A DNA stretch of 64,000 nucleotides from Malacoraja senta (GCA_038087875.1 CM075988.1:26228001-26292000); one strand, 5' to 3'; counted from the first letter of the stretch, positions 1 through 14,130 are shown. The notes: generated by a model from the sequence alone, not told the origin. Made by a program: numbers and translations.

Positions 1-744
1 AACACTCACTCCAAAAAGGTTAAATATATAATCCAGTTTGCTACTCCCAGTGCTTGCTACAGTGTCAGAGGTAGAGTGGTCCAAAATGCACGAAAGGAAT
101 TTCTAGTAGCACGAAGACAGTATGTGTGTCACGACAATACTGCTTTTAAAATACGCATAAATGTTGCAACCTTCAGTTGCCAAGTTCCAGAATATGGGTC
201 TCCTGCACAAAGTCAGTTCAATGGGTACTACTGCACTGGGTCATTGCTAATCTTGTGACTGTCAGCATATAGCTTTGCAGCTGTGATCCCAGCAGCCAGC
301 TTTCAAGGGAAAATAAAACTGCACTCTTCCAGTTACACGGCAAAGTCACTCATTCTCAACTTACCTGCAAAGTCCCTCTCACAAACTTCTGAGGACTGGT
401 GCCCAGTTGGTTAAGTGATAACCTGGCTTAGTTTCCTTCACTGAGTGGTATCTTACTGACAAGGTGGCAGACTCCTCCATCACAATCTGCAGCATTTCCT
501 GTCCATCTGGCAGCAAAGACCAAAGTGGGGAATGCATTGATATATAGGTGGGAAGGAATAGCTCTGGGCTTCCTCAAGTACATTCAAATATGGGCAAGAA
601 TACTTCCTTCTGATTATCAATCATCATTCTCCCTCAGTTGATAAAAATCAGTGCTCCCCCATGTTGTACAATACTTGTTAGAACCAATTAAAATAATAAT
701 AATAACAAAAAGTATACTTTGGGCAAAGAAACTCAATTTCTGTC

Positions 745-1115
745 AGCTTGGTACCACCACAGTGACTGAGATGACTGAGCCCTGAAATATGTAGCAGCCA
801 GTCTGCACGTGAGGCAGGTAATGAGACAGCCAACACAGAGGATAAACCTGAATGACCTTGTGCTCACCAACAGACCAGTGGCAGATGCATCTGTCAAACA
901 CGGCATTAGTAGATGTGGCAACTGTACAGTCCCTGTGGTGATAAAGCAGAATGCTCACATTGAGAACACGGTGCATCATGTTGTGCAGCAGTGTAATCAT
1001 CAGCACAATACACTCAATAGATATCTGACAGCTCAAAAATGGACATCCATAAGATTCTGTGGACCATCAGCAGCAGCAGCAATGTGCACCACCAGAAACT
1101 GCAACTTCATAGCTC
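745..1115 (+). mobile_element. Degenerate LINE (CR1/L2-group) fragment, end of the APE endonuclease domain
   Basis: ORF 809-1159 reads RQVMRQPTQRINLNDLVLTN-PVADASVKHGISRCGN, resembling the LINE endonuclease end (PTR...LDLVLTN...SDH). Recognised from memory; boundaries approximate. Confidence 0.6.
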
Positions 1116-1399
1116 GCTGTGAGGAGTGCTTATTAAATAGATTCTTCACTGGCATATGAGCATGCATTTTTCAATTTATTTGGATGTGTGAGAATGTATG
1201 AGAATGTATATAAATATCTGGATACATGTACTCTTTAGTTTTTTATCATTCCTTCTCTCCAGAGATGCTGCCTGTCCCGCTGAGTTACTCCAGCATTTTG
1301 TGTCTACCTTCGATTTATACCAGCATCTGCAGTTCTTTCCTACACTTTTTATCAGGATACATTACATTTTAGCAGGACGTGTGTACTTTTCAATCATTA

Positions 1400-1620
1400 C
1401 CCTAAGGAAATCTGAGGCTCACCAATATTCATCCCTCAATCAACATTACTCAGGCATATTATCTGGTCATTACATGGCTCTATAAGAGATTGCTTTCTGA
1501 AAATTTGCTAGACCATTTCCTAACTGGGAAGAGTGAGCACTGTTCAAAAAAGCTCATTGACTGTAAAAATGCCTTGGGATGACCATGTATGTGCAAGGAG
1601 GACTTTGAATTTGATCATTA
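1400..1620 (+). mobile_element. Ancient DeuSINE (SacSINE1/AmnSINE1-like) relic
   Basis: ccaatattcatccctcaatcaacattact...attatctggtcattaca...cattgactgtaaaaatgccttgggatg resembles the Deu domain and 3' tail. Boundaries approximate. Confidence 0.45.
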
Positions 1621-3039
1621 TATGCAATTGGCGTGATTGTTACCCAAGATCAGTTGCATAGCTATTGAAAATAGTTGACACTCATTAGATGCAAACTGAA
1701 AATATAATCTATATTGCAACAGAGAAAACCAAGAAACTAAACTGAATTCTGTTGAAGTGAAAGAACAGACTGCCTATTGCAGTGCTGAATACTTTGTAAT
1801 TTAATTCATCTTGCTTAGTTAAGATCTTGAGGGATTAGAAGGGATTTAAAGGTAAGTATTTGGTTGCATCTTCCAGTTCAACAGCAATAACATTCATAGC
1901 ATCATATAGCAAAGAAAGAGGCCATTTGGGCCATTGCGCTTGTGCCAGCTCTTTGAAAGTCTATCCAGTTTGTCCCACTTCCCCTGCTCTTTCCCCACAG
2001 CCCTGATAGTGTTTCCTTTTTAAATATGTATCCATTTCCCTATTGAAGATTTTTGCTGACTTTGCTTCCACTACCCTTCAGGCAGTGAACTCCAGATCAT
2101 AACAACCCACTGCACAATTTAAAAACAATCTCATTTGCCCTTCTGGTTCTTTTGCCTATTTCCCTAAATTTACATGCACTTCTTGTAAATAGAACATTTT
2201 TTGTTTCTTAAAACCTTTAATTCCTGTGAGCACTTAGACTTCTTTGCACTGAGTACAATTGCAGTTGTGTGCATCATTGCACATAAAAGAAGCCCTTCAC
2301 TACTGGTATCTTTCCAGTATCTAATCGTTGCATCCTCCCAAGGTCTTGAACATCCAGAACCTGACCGTCCTTCTCTTCAGAAATGCTGCCTGTCCCGCTG
2401 AGTTACTCCAGCATTTGGGGTCTATCTGTCCTTTACATAGTGTACTGTAACAGTGTTATAGTGTTATACCAAACTAAAAAAAATAACTTGGATGTGAAAG
2501 AACCTCAGTATATTCCAAAAGCATGTTACCGCCAATGTCTTACTTCTGAAATTTAGTTGCTGTTCTAATGCGGGAAATGCAGTAAACTCCCACATTCAAA
2601 TTTTGCATGGGCCCAAATTCAACAGAATGGGAATTAATGCAACATTTTATCATCATAATTTGATCTTATTACTTCTTCTGGAGGTCCAACAGTTCAGGTG
2701 TCCCCGACTCCTAATCACTCACATCCCATCTCATCTGAGGAAGGGTCTCGACCCAAAACATCACCCATTCCTTCGCTTCATAGATGCTGCCTCACCCGCT
2801 AAGTTTCTCCAGCATTTTTGTCTACCTCCCATCTAATCTGCATGCTTGAACTGTAACAGTAAATTCCCATCCTGAATTCTAAACCGAGCAGCCAGTGCAC
2901 TCCAAATCTATTTGGTTTAACATTTCAATTGGAAGACAGTGCCTTCTAATTGTGCAGCATCCCCTTAGTATTGCAATGAATAAAGACGGGCCTAGGTAGA
3001 TTGTGGCACAGAATATAAAAGTTGGGGTATTATATTGCA

Positions 3040-3562
3040 ATTTTGTTAAATTAGACTACACTTGCAATATTATGTACAAATGTGGTTTCTATAGGAAAGA
3101 TGTGATCATGCTGGAGAGAGTGCAGAGGAGATTCATCAGGATGGTGCCCGGATTGGAGAATAGTTTTAGGAAGAGACTGGATAGGCTGCCCTGGAGGGAA
3201 GGGTACTAAAGTATGACCCAATAATGTATATAAAAATCATACAAGAGACAGTAGACAGGGATCATTTCCCATGTTAGTGGCATTAAAAACAAGAGGGTAT
3301 AGTTTTAAGGTGAGAGGAAAGTGTTTTAAAAGAGATTTGAGGGGAAGTTTTTTTTTTTTAAAGAGCGTAGTTGATATCTGGAACTCGTTGCCAGAGGTGG
3401 TGAAATCAGATACAGTCACCATTTAGACAGGCACTTAAATAGCAATGCATGTAAGGATACATGCGAAATGCAGGGAAATGCGATTAATGTAAAGGGACGA
3501 AAATGTCAGCATGGACATGCTGGGCGGAATGGCCCATTTGTGTGCTCTAGAATTCTATGACT
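3040..3562 (+). mobile_element. CR1 LINE 3' fragment (old)
   Basis: Encodes YRKDVIMLERVQRRFIRMVPGLE...RLDRL, followed by a CR1-type 3' UTR. Confidence 0.8.
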
Positions 3563-4254
3563 TTATCTGTCAAAAAATGTTGATGAAGAGTCTTTGATGT
3601 GAAATGCCAGTGCTGTTTTATTTCCACATTTTACGCATGACTTACTTGCCACATGTTTCCAGCAGGTGTTTTCACAAGATTTTCAGCAGCTTTTTGACTT
3701 TCAATTACAGAGAAAATGAGCAGATCATTTGTCTCTTTAATCACTTTGGCTAATATATAAAGAGATTTGTTATGTATAAGTGTAACAAGGAACTGGTAAC
3801 AAGGAACTGCCTGCTCTTCTTTAAAACAACGCTGTAGTTTGTTTATGCTTACCCAAGCTGCACTCGGAGTCACACTTTAACCCTGGATCCAAAAGACAGA
3901 CACCTAGAAGTTTCTGCTGTCTTTGCTCACCTGGCTGTTACTGGATGACTACTGTACTACTGTCACTTGGTCATGTGGTGAATTGGCCACAGGCCATGCA
4001 TTAAAGTGGATTGAGTCTGAAGAAGGGTCTTGCCCCGAAAAGTCACCTATTCCTTTTCTCCACAGATGCTGGCTGACCTGCTGAGTTACTCCAACCTTTT
4101 GTGTCTGTCTTCGGTTTAAACCAGCATCTGCAGTTCCTCCCTACACAAATAGTTCATGCTCCCTTTCATATTCCTAAAGGAGCATTGTACAGGAAATGGC
4201 ACCATCCACATGCATTATCTGGTGAAATCACTCTGAGTGTGCAATGGTGTATAG

Positions 4255-4600
4255 AATCATGAGAGGAATATGTCAGGTAGATGCACAGAGTCTCTTGCCC
4301 AGAGTAGGGAAATCAAAGCCCAGAGGACACAGGTTTAAGGCAAAGGGGAAATGATTTAGTAGGAATCTGAGGGGTAACATTTTTACACAAAGGGTGGTGG
4401 GTGTATGGAACGAGCTGCCAGAGGAGGTAGTTGAGGCATGGACTGTCCCAATGTTTAAGAAACAGTTAGACAGGTACATGATTAGGACAGGTTTGGAGGG
4501 ATATGGGACAAACGTAGGCAGGTGGGACTAGTGTAGCTGGGACATGTTGGCCGGTGTGGGCAAGTTGGGCCGAAGGGCCTGTTTCCAAATGTAATACTCT
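4255..4600 (+). mobile_element. CR1 LINE 3' end
   Basis: Encodes RGHRFK...FTQRVVGVWNELPEEVV-like terminus; 3' UTR gggccgaagggcctgtttcc. Confidence 0.8.
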
Positions 4601-4899
4601 CTGATACCACAAGTACCAAGTCAAATTTTCAGAGTGATGTGAAATGTCAAAAGCAATTTAATTTCCCTAATGCTTCAAAATAAAACATGCTTATACAATT
4701 GAATTTCTAAACATTAATGTGTATCGGTCAAATGAATCAGTCCTCTGATAATTAGATCGGGGGAAGATAGGGACTTTTGTTAAACAGTAGTTAAAAGAAG
4801 GTAGCAAAACAATAATTTCACAGAATCTTTTTAGTTTGTTCTTTCTTTTCAACCTCTGACAGGAAACATCTGTCTTTCAAGTTGATGACTCATGATATT

Positions 4900-5910
4900 G
4901 GAGATTTACTCCATACCCATGAATGTGTAGCTAGACGCAGTTACAATCAATCTAATATTCCAAATTCACTGACGACACCACTGTTGTTGAACGAATTACA
5001 GATGATGATGAGTCAGAGTATATGTGGGGGGGGGGAGAAGGAAATCGATCGACCGATTGAATGGTGCCTGAACAACAATCTTGCTCTCAATGTCAGTAAA
5101 AGTAAGGAACTGATTATTGACTTAGAAGAAGGCAGCCATGGATCTACAACCCAGCAAGGTTTAGAGGTACAACATGAAAATAGGCCCTTCAGCCTTAAAG
5201 AGTCCACACCAACCATCAATCACCCGTTCACACTGGTTCTATGATATCTTGGCGAGATAAATAATGGCAAGATCAATGGCACTTGCTATTAATTAATAAA
5301 TTACACTGCAAGCTTTTGTAAAGAAAATATACCCCAATAGCTGTAAATCCCCATGACTGTAGACAGTTTGCACTGTTACCCTTGTGAAAATGGAAGCTTC
5401 ATTGCAACCTCCCTGTGACTTTCACACCTTTCCTCCATTTTGCATCTTCTTCGCTGTTGTGTGCTGGGGTAGCAGGGTGAAGGCCACAGAGGTCAACAGA
5501 ATTTACAAGCTCACCAGGAAGGCTGACTCTGTCCTAGGGGTGGAGTTGGATTCACTGGAGATAGTCTTGGAGGGGAGGATGCTCTTCAAACTGCGGAGCA
5601 TCTTGGACAATACAGCTCACCCCCTCCATGACTCACTGAGGAGCACCTTCAGCAACAGACTGGTGCCACCAAGTTGCAGCACAGAATACCAGAGGAGATC
5701 CTTTTTCCCTGTGGCTATCAAACTGTACAACTCCTCCCCCTTCTGTCGTGGGCTAGACTGATTCCCCTCATCAATCTTTGCCCATCCCCAATTCTGGACT
5801 TTCCACTCGTTACTTTAATTTCATGCTTCATGTATCTTGTGTTTTGTGACTGCTAGTAGACCAATTTCCCTCCTGGGATAAATACAGTTCTATCGTACCG
5901 TATCGTAAGC
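4900..5910 (+). mobile_element. Rex1/Babar-clade LINE fragments (RT piece about 4900-5130; C-terminus and 3' tail about 5440-5910)
   Basis: Peptides IEWCLNNNLALNVSKSKELIID and IFFAVVCWGS...SILDNTAHPLHD...RSFFPVAIKLYN; tail tatcgtaccgtatcgta. Confidence 0.7.
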
Positions 5911-6492
5911 CAATTAAACATCGCAAAAAGCAAGTCTGATGCTTGATATTACACTGTAATATTAGAATGAATGTGACAGTACATTCTTTCAAGGTTTCTG
6001 AATCTCCACTACACAATGCAGCTTGTCATTCAGCTAGTAATTTGGTCACATTTGTCTTCAGAATTTAAAAAACAGAAGTGATAGAATGTTGTCCTTTCTT
6101 TTGTGTCCTAGCACTGATCCTTGCAAAACGTCTCTGGTCACAGATCTCCAGCCAGAATAATGCCTTCCCACCACGACCCTCTGTCTTTTATAGGTAAGAC
6201 ATTTTTTTGAATTTCCACAGGAAATGTTGCTATTTCCCCTTGCTTCTCAAGGCCATTTACATTGTGCAGTCACATAACCTGCTGAGGATCAACATTGACA
6301 GAAGTTTAGTTTATTTATTGTCACGTGTACCGAGGTACAGTGAAAATGACTGATCTGATACTTAATAACCCCAGTGACCAAAACATATCAAACACAACAT
6401 ATACTTCAGCAAAAAATAATTGCTGACTTTGCAAAGCACACTCACCTGTAACAAGATGTAACTCAGTTAGCAAAAAGCAGCAGCAATAAGGG

Positions 6493-6972
6493 AGGCACAC
6501 TGGCACACATGGTAGAAGATGCCTCATAACACCAGAGTTTGATCCTGATATCTGTGTGGAGTTTGCACATTCTCCCTGTGACCACATGGTTTTCTTCTGA
6601 GTGTTCTGGTTTCCTCCCATATTCCAACGATGTACAGATGTCAGTTAATTGGCTTCTGCAAACTGTCTCTAATGTTTAGGGAACAAAATGTGTAGGAAAG
6701 AACTGCAGATGCTGGTTTAAATCAAAGCAAGACATAAAATGCTGGAGTAACTCAACAGGACAGGCAGCATCTCTGGAGAGAAGGAATGGGTCTGAAGGGT
6801 CTCGAACCGAAACGTCACCCATTCCTTCTTTCCAGAGATGCTGGCTGTCCCGCTGAGTTACTCCAGTATTTTTTGTCTAGCTTCTAATGTTTAGGGATGG
6901 ATGAGAAAGAGGGATAACAGAACTAATGTGATGGTCAGCATGGACGTTTCCTTCTGTATCTCTAAACTAAAC
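6493..6972 (+). mobile_element. HE1-type V-SINE interrupted by a fold-back Penelope-type element (6683-6882)
   Basis: V domain gtgtggagtttgcacattctccctgtg...ggtttcctccca and tail tgtatctctaaactaaac. The insert is flanked by the 15-bp direct repeat TCTAATGTTTAGGGA (6668-6682, 6883-6897). Confidence 0.8.
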
Positions 6973-7119
6973 ATCAAAATAATGTGCAACAAAAGGCTGG
7001 ATTTTATTCCCTTGAGTGCAGGAATCTGAGGTGACCTTGTGAATATTTATAAAATCAGGAGGGGAACAGATAAGGGAAATGGTGACAGTCTTTGTTCCAG
7101 AAGGCCTGGGGAGATAGGA

Positions 7120-7290
7120 ACCATATGGACAGAAGGGCTGCCGGTTACCTAAAATTGGAGAATTCAGTGTTCATGATGCTGGGTTGTAGACTGCCCAGTA
7201 AAATGCAAAGTGCCCTTCCTCCAGCATTTCATAGTGACAGTAGAGAAAGTCAAGGACAGACAAATTGGTGTGGGAATGGGATGAGAAATT
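7120..7290 (-). mobile_element. Penelope-like element fragment, GIY-YIG C-terminus
   Basis: Minus strand 7198-7145 encodes LGSLQPSIMNTEFSNFR*, typical of the end of a PLE endonuclease ORF. A similar relic lies at about 12810-12880. Confidence 0.6.
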
Positions 7291-7929
7291 TAAATTTCCA
7301 ATTTAAGAGACTGCAGATGCTGCAATCTTGATTTTTTTTTAAACACGTTGCTGGGAGAGGTGCTGGTAAGTAAAACTCTGAAGAAGGGTTGTACTCGAAG
7401 GGTCATCTGTCCATTTCCCTCCTGACCTGCTGAGTTCCTCCAGCAGTTTCGCAAGTTATAGGAGTAGATTTAAGCCCTTCGGCCCATCAATATCCGCCAT
7501 TCAATATTGTCTGATCTCTGCCTCCTAATCCCATTTTCCTGCTTTCTCTCCGTAACCATTGACACCCATTATAATCAAGAATCTGTCCATCTCTGCCTTA
7601 AAAATATCCACTTGGCCTCCACAGCCCTCTGTTGCAATGAGGTCCACAGATTAACTACCTCGTTTACAATGGCTGGCACCCAGGATACTCAGATCTTTTC
7701 CCCAGGGTAGGGGAGTCTGAAATTAGAGGGCATGGGCTTAAGGTGAGAGACTAAAGATTTTAAAATGATCTGAAGGGCAACTTTCTCACCATGGCATGGG
7801 TGGTGGATATAGGCCACAACCTTGCCATTGGCAGTGGCAGCAGTGGCCAGACGCTAGCAAGTGGGACTAGGACAATGGCCAGCATGGACACGTCGGGCCG
7901 AATAACCACTTTGCATGTGGAATGAACCA

Positions 7930-8325
7930 GCCGTTACCCCCCACGTGACCCCGGCCCCGTCCCGCGCGCACCGGCCGTTACCCCCCCACGTGACCCCGGC
8001 CCTCCCGTTGGCCCCCACGTGACCCCGGCCCTCCCGTTGGCCCCTACGTGACCCCGCCTCTCCCGCGCGTCATGTTGTTCAACATTATACGGCGCTCATT
8101 GGTCGGTTGAACTGTCCATAATCAGTGTGGGCCACTTGAGCCAATAGCGCGCGGCGGGGGCGGGTCCTTGAGGCGGGGGCGAATGAGGTAGGGTGGAGGC
8201 GGGGCCTTGAGACGGGTGACGTGAGTGCGGTGGGGGGGGGCGGGTGACGTGAGTGTGTGGGGGAGGGCGCGTGTCCGGGTCCGGGTCCGGGTCCTTGAGG
8301 CGATTGCCGGATTACAGGTGGTGAG
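7930..8325. promoter_or_regulatory. CpG-island promoter
   Basis: Very GC/CpG-rich. CACGTG at 7942, 7987, 8016 (TACGTG at 8045); ATTGG at 8098 and CCAAT at 8141; several GC boxes at 8157-8244; TGACGTGA at 8217 and 8245; possible + strand donor near 8318-8322 (cag|gtggtgag). Confidence 0.8.
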
Positions 8326-8539
8326 AGTCGAACCTTGTGGTCATGGCATGAATGATGCAGATAACCTAGTAATTGTACATTTTGGAATGGTTCACATTGA
8401 AGCTTCCTAACACATTAGTGTATTCTGTGCCTTAGTTACCAAATATTTAAAACTGACACCAACCTGTCTTTGGAACTTAGTGTTTCAGAACTGGTTGGCC
8501 TGGTTTTGAGGTCTTTGTATGTGGTTCAATGGTACATTA

Positions 8540-8910
8540 GGTCATAAGGTCATGTGATAGGAGCAGAATTAGACCATTCGGCCCATCAAGACTACTCTGT
8601 CATTCAATCGTGGCTGATCTATCTCTCCCTCCTAACCCCATACTCCTGCCTTCTCCCCATAACCCTGACACCCGTACTAATCAAGAATCTTAACTATCCC
8701 TGCCTTAAAAATATCCATTGACTTGGCCTCCACAACCTTCTGTGGCAGAATTCCACAGATTCACCACCCTCTGACTAAATAAATTCCTCCTCTCCTTCCT
8801 AAAGGAACGTCCTTTCATTTTGAGGCTGTGACCTCTAGTCCCAGACTGTCCCACTAGTGGAAACATCCTCTCCACATCCCCTCTATCCAAGCCTTTCACT
8901 ATTCGGTAAG
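8540..8910 (-). mobile_element. CR1 LINE 3' end
   Basis: ORF 8705-8998 contains YRIVKGLDR...MFPLVG...RGHSLK...FSQRVVNLWNS. Confidence 0.85.
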
Positions 8911-11900
8911 TCCCATGTACCGAGCTACAGTGAAATAAATACATCTTAGATAAGCATCCCAGATACAGATGTATAAGAGTGGTACACTGAGACAGCATAC
9001 AGAGTCACCAGTTTGGCACTATTTTCTATATTTCTATTGTGTACATTGGAGAGGTCCTCTTACGGATGGACGTCTTGCTATTCTTTCTGTTCACATAACA
9101 AACTAACTGGCCCAAATATCTATTTAAAGTCACTGAGCAATTGCCACTTGCCTTCTACTGCTCATCAACCCAATCACCTCTATAATATTTTCCAGTCCAA
9201 CTACTCTCCCATATCACTCATAGACACAATGTGCTGGCGTAACTCCTAATCAGGCAGCATCTCTGGAGAAAAAGGATGTGTTAAGTTTTGGGTTGGGATC
9301 CTTCCTCTGAAGATTTAGCTCTTAGGGCTAACGGAATCAAGGCATATGGGGAAAAAGCAGGAACAGGGTACTGATTTTGGATGATTAGCCATGATCATAT
9401 TGAAAGGCGGTGCTGGCTCGAAGGGCCAAATGGCCTACTCCTGCACCTATTTTCTATGTTTCTAACCTTTTGAAGAAGGGTTCCGACTTGAAACATCATC
9501 CATCCTTTTTCTCCAGAGATGATTATAACTAGACACTTTTCAGCAGAAAACAACAGATTGGGATTTATTGTAAATGCAGACTAAATTTTACTCTTCCCTA
9601 ATTAGGAACTTTGAGATAATGGGCTGCTATTGCCGCCCAACGTACGTGGCTCACTCAGCACGAGTAATTGAAGATGGAACTTTTATGCCCTCTGTGACTT
9701 GGTTCCTCATTTGATAGCTCATTTACCCACAAGAAGCATCAGATATCAATGTGATGTAAATAGCAACCTATCTTATACAGGACAGAATACTCGTTGGCTC
9801 ATTGGGTGAAGATCAGTTTTTAGTTTGTTAAGCCTGATGTCACTTTTAATGTTGTGTTTATAGTTTGGCTTTAGCTAATAAAAGGTTTTATTAGGTTTCC
9901 ACAGAGCTATTCTTTGATTTGATATTTCCTTACAGGAATGTCCAGGATATTTTTGAACCTCCAGTTGTTAATTTGACCAGTTCAGTGTTGATGGAGGTTC
10001 AGAAAGGAGATGGATATGACCATTTTAAAAGACATAACATAAAGATTGTATGAAAAGCAATAAATGGGTTAATCAACATGAAAGAATCTGTATTCGCCCG
10101 AGTTGTGCCATATACATTTTTAAATGGTTCATAGAGTTGTACAGTTCAGCTGGCCAAAATGCCTATCTTTACTAATTCACATGCATTTAGGTCTAAATCT
10201 CTCTCTCCCTCATTCAAGTAGCAGTCCGGATGCCTCTTAAATGTTGTTACTATTCCTGCCTGCACCACCTCCTCTGGCAGCTCATTCCATTCACCACTGA
10301 CTCATTGTGTGAAAATTCTAGCCCCTGGGATCATCTTTAAAACTCCTCCCTCTCACCTTAAACCTTTGCCCTCTAATTTTTGATAGTCCTACCGCAGGAA
10401 ACAGACACTGGATATCTACCCTATCTATGCCTCTCATAATTTTATATACCTCTACCATGTCACCCCTTGACCACCCTCGCTCTAGAGCGAGCAGAGCCAG
10501 CCCATGAGAATTTTGAAGTGACAGAAACAGTAGGAAGTTACTTGAATTAGCACATAATAAACCATTTTATTTATTTTTGAAAGGGTCCTTAAAATATCAG
10601 GAACAATCTGGTCAAAAGTAGAATATTTAAGATGTGGTTGAATGTTTGCTTATAATTCTTGGGGGGCATGAGATATGAACTCTACCTTATTTTTGCATCA
10701 TAACTGACAGTTGATCAGGTGGACTTTGGACAAATATATTGTTCCTAAGGAATCTGCATTCTGGATTAAAATGGATGCTTGTCCTTTATCAGAAGTGGAA
10801 ATAAAATGTTCTTGAACATTTCAAGTTAACCATTCAAGTTCAAGAAAACAATTAACACCTGCTGTATAAGTGAGTGCAGCTGCGGAGGGTTTTTTCTCTG
10901 ATCAGATATCATCAACCACAAGGGTCTAGAAATTGAGAAAAAGAAGTTAAAGATAGGTAAAAGTTATTTTCAGGAAAGTACGTTCTTCAGAATCAGTTAT
11001 TGAGCAACTTCAGGCAGAATCAGACAGAAAATTGAATGTTAACTGCACTTGTTTGAAAAGGGACTGAAATATGGATCTTATCAGTAAACCAACAAAATGT
11101 GTTCTGCCCATTTCTTCTTTTGGCGTCTCTGATATGACACAAGGTTAAAAAAAATACCTGATAACTGAGCCACAAGCTCATGTTCTGTTTTTACAGTGTT
11201 TATTTAAAGAATATTATACTGCACCCTTCAAAATCCAGAATGGCATAAATAAGGTAAAAATCTTTTGCAGTGTACATACAGGAGCAGTTAGTCTTAAAAC
11301 AGATAAATAGAAAGGAGACTTGAAGAATGCTTTTTACATTGCCTGTGAAACAGAATGTCCTCAAAAGCAATGGCACATGAACAAAGAGTAGACACAAAGA
11401 ACAATGCAGCACAAGACAAACACTGTGGCCTACAGTGTCTATGCTGACCATAATATTACTCCTTTTCTTGTTTGTTTATGTTCCTGAGTAAATGCCTCTT
11501 AAACATTGCAATTGTAATCTGGTTTCACCTCCTTCCCTGGCAGATCACTACTACTTGGCCCTGGAAGCCCGCTCTGCCATTCCACAAGAACATGGCTGAT
11601 CTACCTCAAATATCTTATTCCTGTCCTATCTGATTCCTTAATTTATTTAATATCATAATCCATAAATTTATGTATTGAAACCAAACAATGACTAAACCAC
11701 AGGTAGACCCAAAATGCTGGAGTAACTCAGTGGGACAGGCAGCATCTAATTTTTCTAAATTCTGGAGATTACAAGCCTAGTCAATTTAATTTCTCTGCCC
11801 AGGAACTAGTTTGTTGAATCTTTGCTGCTCTCCTTGTGGAAAAGGGAGCAAAACTGTGTACAATTCACCAGATGTGGTCTTCCTGAGACTCCTTCACACC

Positions 11901-13259
11901 AATCGTCTAGCACTAAATTCAAGCAGAATCTTCCCAAATGCCTGCTGAAGCTGCAAGTTAGAATTCAGCAACTTGAGTAGAAGTACACCCTTTTTCCTTC
12001 TCTCACCATTAAAAAAAAAGAAATTAAAAAAAAAATCTATTTGAATTGCTTTAAGAATGAAGAAGTTAAGTCACTGCTTAGGGGTGAGATTTGGGAGGAT
12101 GTGGAGGTTTGAAAGTTAAATGAAATTTCTGATGACCAACAGATGACGTATGATTTTTTATGTCCAGGAGAAGGTTTGCAGCCAAACAATTGCATATAGA
12201 CAAGTACTCGGGAATATTTTTAGGCCATGTGGGGACAAGCAGCATACAGTCTGAAGAAGGGTCCCGACCCAAAACATCACCCATCCTCTTTCTCTGGAGT
12301 TGCTATCTGACTCACTGAGTTACTCTAGCATTTTGTGTCTATTTTTGCCATAAACCAGCAACTGCAGTTCTTTGTTTCTACAGTTTAGTTTCATTGAAAC
12401 TAGACTGAAAGGCAAGAGAGGTCATAAGTGATAGGAGTAGAATTAGGCCATTCGGCCCATCAAGTCTACTCCACCATTCAGTCATGGCTGACCTATCTCT
12501 CCCTCCTAACCCCATTCTTCTGCCTTCTCCCCATAACCCCTGAGAGATAAAGTAACAGATGAATGACCGTGCAAGGTAAAATAAAAATGACCAAAGGTCA
12601 GTCTGTAGGCGGTGTGAATGCATGATGGAAAAACACGACATTAGTTAGCAAAGGTCATTCTGGAGGAGGTGTGAATGCAAGATGTAAAATGGTTGAGGAT
12701 GAGGTCAGTCTGTAGTCTTAGAAATACTGCAAAAGTGTGGAATTACAAAAGGATTGTGGAGTACCTGCTGGAAATCTGAAATATAAATTAAATTGGAAAT
12801 ATTGATTATATGAAATTGTTGAACTCATTGTTATCCAGATGTGATGTGCCTAGTAAGAAGATGAAGTGCGACTTCTCATACTTGCATCAAGCTGCATACT
12901 AGGTGGCTGAGTAGGAGTGAGTAGTGAGCAGCAAATACAGAATAGTAAACAAAAATAATTTGGTGACTCATATGGAAAGTGTATTTAGAGCCCTGGATGG
13001 TAGCTGGGAGGCAGTAAAAGGGTAGATATCGTAGGTACAAGGAACTGCAGATGCTGGTTTACAAAATAAGATACAAAGTGCTAGAGTAACTCACCGGGTC
13101 AGATAGCATCTCTGGAAGCCTTGATGTGTCGGGTGGGGACTGTGTCTGAAGAAGGGTCCCGACCCAAAACGTCACCCGTCCATGTTCTCCAGAGATGCTG
13201 TCAGATCTGCTGAGGAAAGGAGGGGGCAACATTCAAAGTAATCAGGAATGGACAACATG

Positions 13260-14130
13260 ATTTTATGAAAGGTAAATCATTTTTGGCTAATTTTATTGGA
13301 GTGTTACAAAAAAAAGGTAACATGCAGTTTATAAAAAGGAACTGTCGGAGGTATTGTACAGATTTCTAGAAGGCATTTCTAAAGGTTCTTGACTAGGAAG
13401 GGTGTTGAAGGTTACGGAGAGAAGGCAGGAGATGGGGTTAAGAGGGAAAAATAGATCAGTCATGATTGAATGACAGTGTAGACTCTGGGCTGAATGGCCT
13501 GATTCTGCTCCAATGACGGTATAAGATGCCACAGTATAGATTACTGTAGAAAATAACAGCTCATGATGCAAGAAACATTGATGTGAATAGGACATTGGCT
13601 AGTTAACAGAAAACAGAATAGGCATGAATGGGTCTTTTTCTGCTTGACAAGGTGAAATAGTTGCCGTGCCACAGGGATTGTTTCGGGATCGGTGACTTTT
13701 TACAATATATATAAAAGACTTGCCTAAAGGCATGGAAGGTCTGATTGCCAAATATGCCAATAATAATAATAATAAATTTTATTTATGGGCGCCTTTCAAA
13801 AGTCTCAAGGACACCTTACAAAGTTTAACAAAGTGTAGAAACATGTAAGCGGAATGAAATAAATAGTAAAGACATCACGAGCCAATGACACAAAGATTAC
13901 TAGCAAAGTTAGGTGTGAAGAGGACAAAAGAAGTCTACAAAGAAAATGACTGTGTGAGCAAAGGTCTGGAAAATGCAATATAGTGTGTGGGAAAATATGA
14001 AATTGTACAACTGGCAGGAAAAATAACATGGAGCATGTTTCGGGAGATTAAAGGATCTTTATGTCCAAGTGCATAATTTATAAAAGGTTATTGTACAGGT
14101 GCGGCAGGTAATTAAATTAACAATGTTGTC
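13260..14130 (+). mobile_element. Highly decayed CR1 RT region with nested younger fragments
   Basis: Remnants of KGKS..NF.E, DF.KAF, GVPQG and IAK.A motifs with many stops. Boundaries approximate. Confidence 0.55.
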
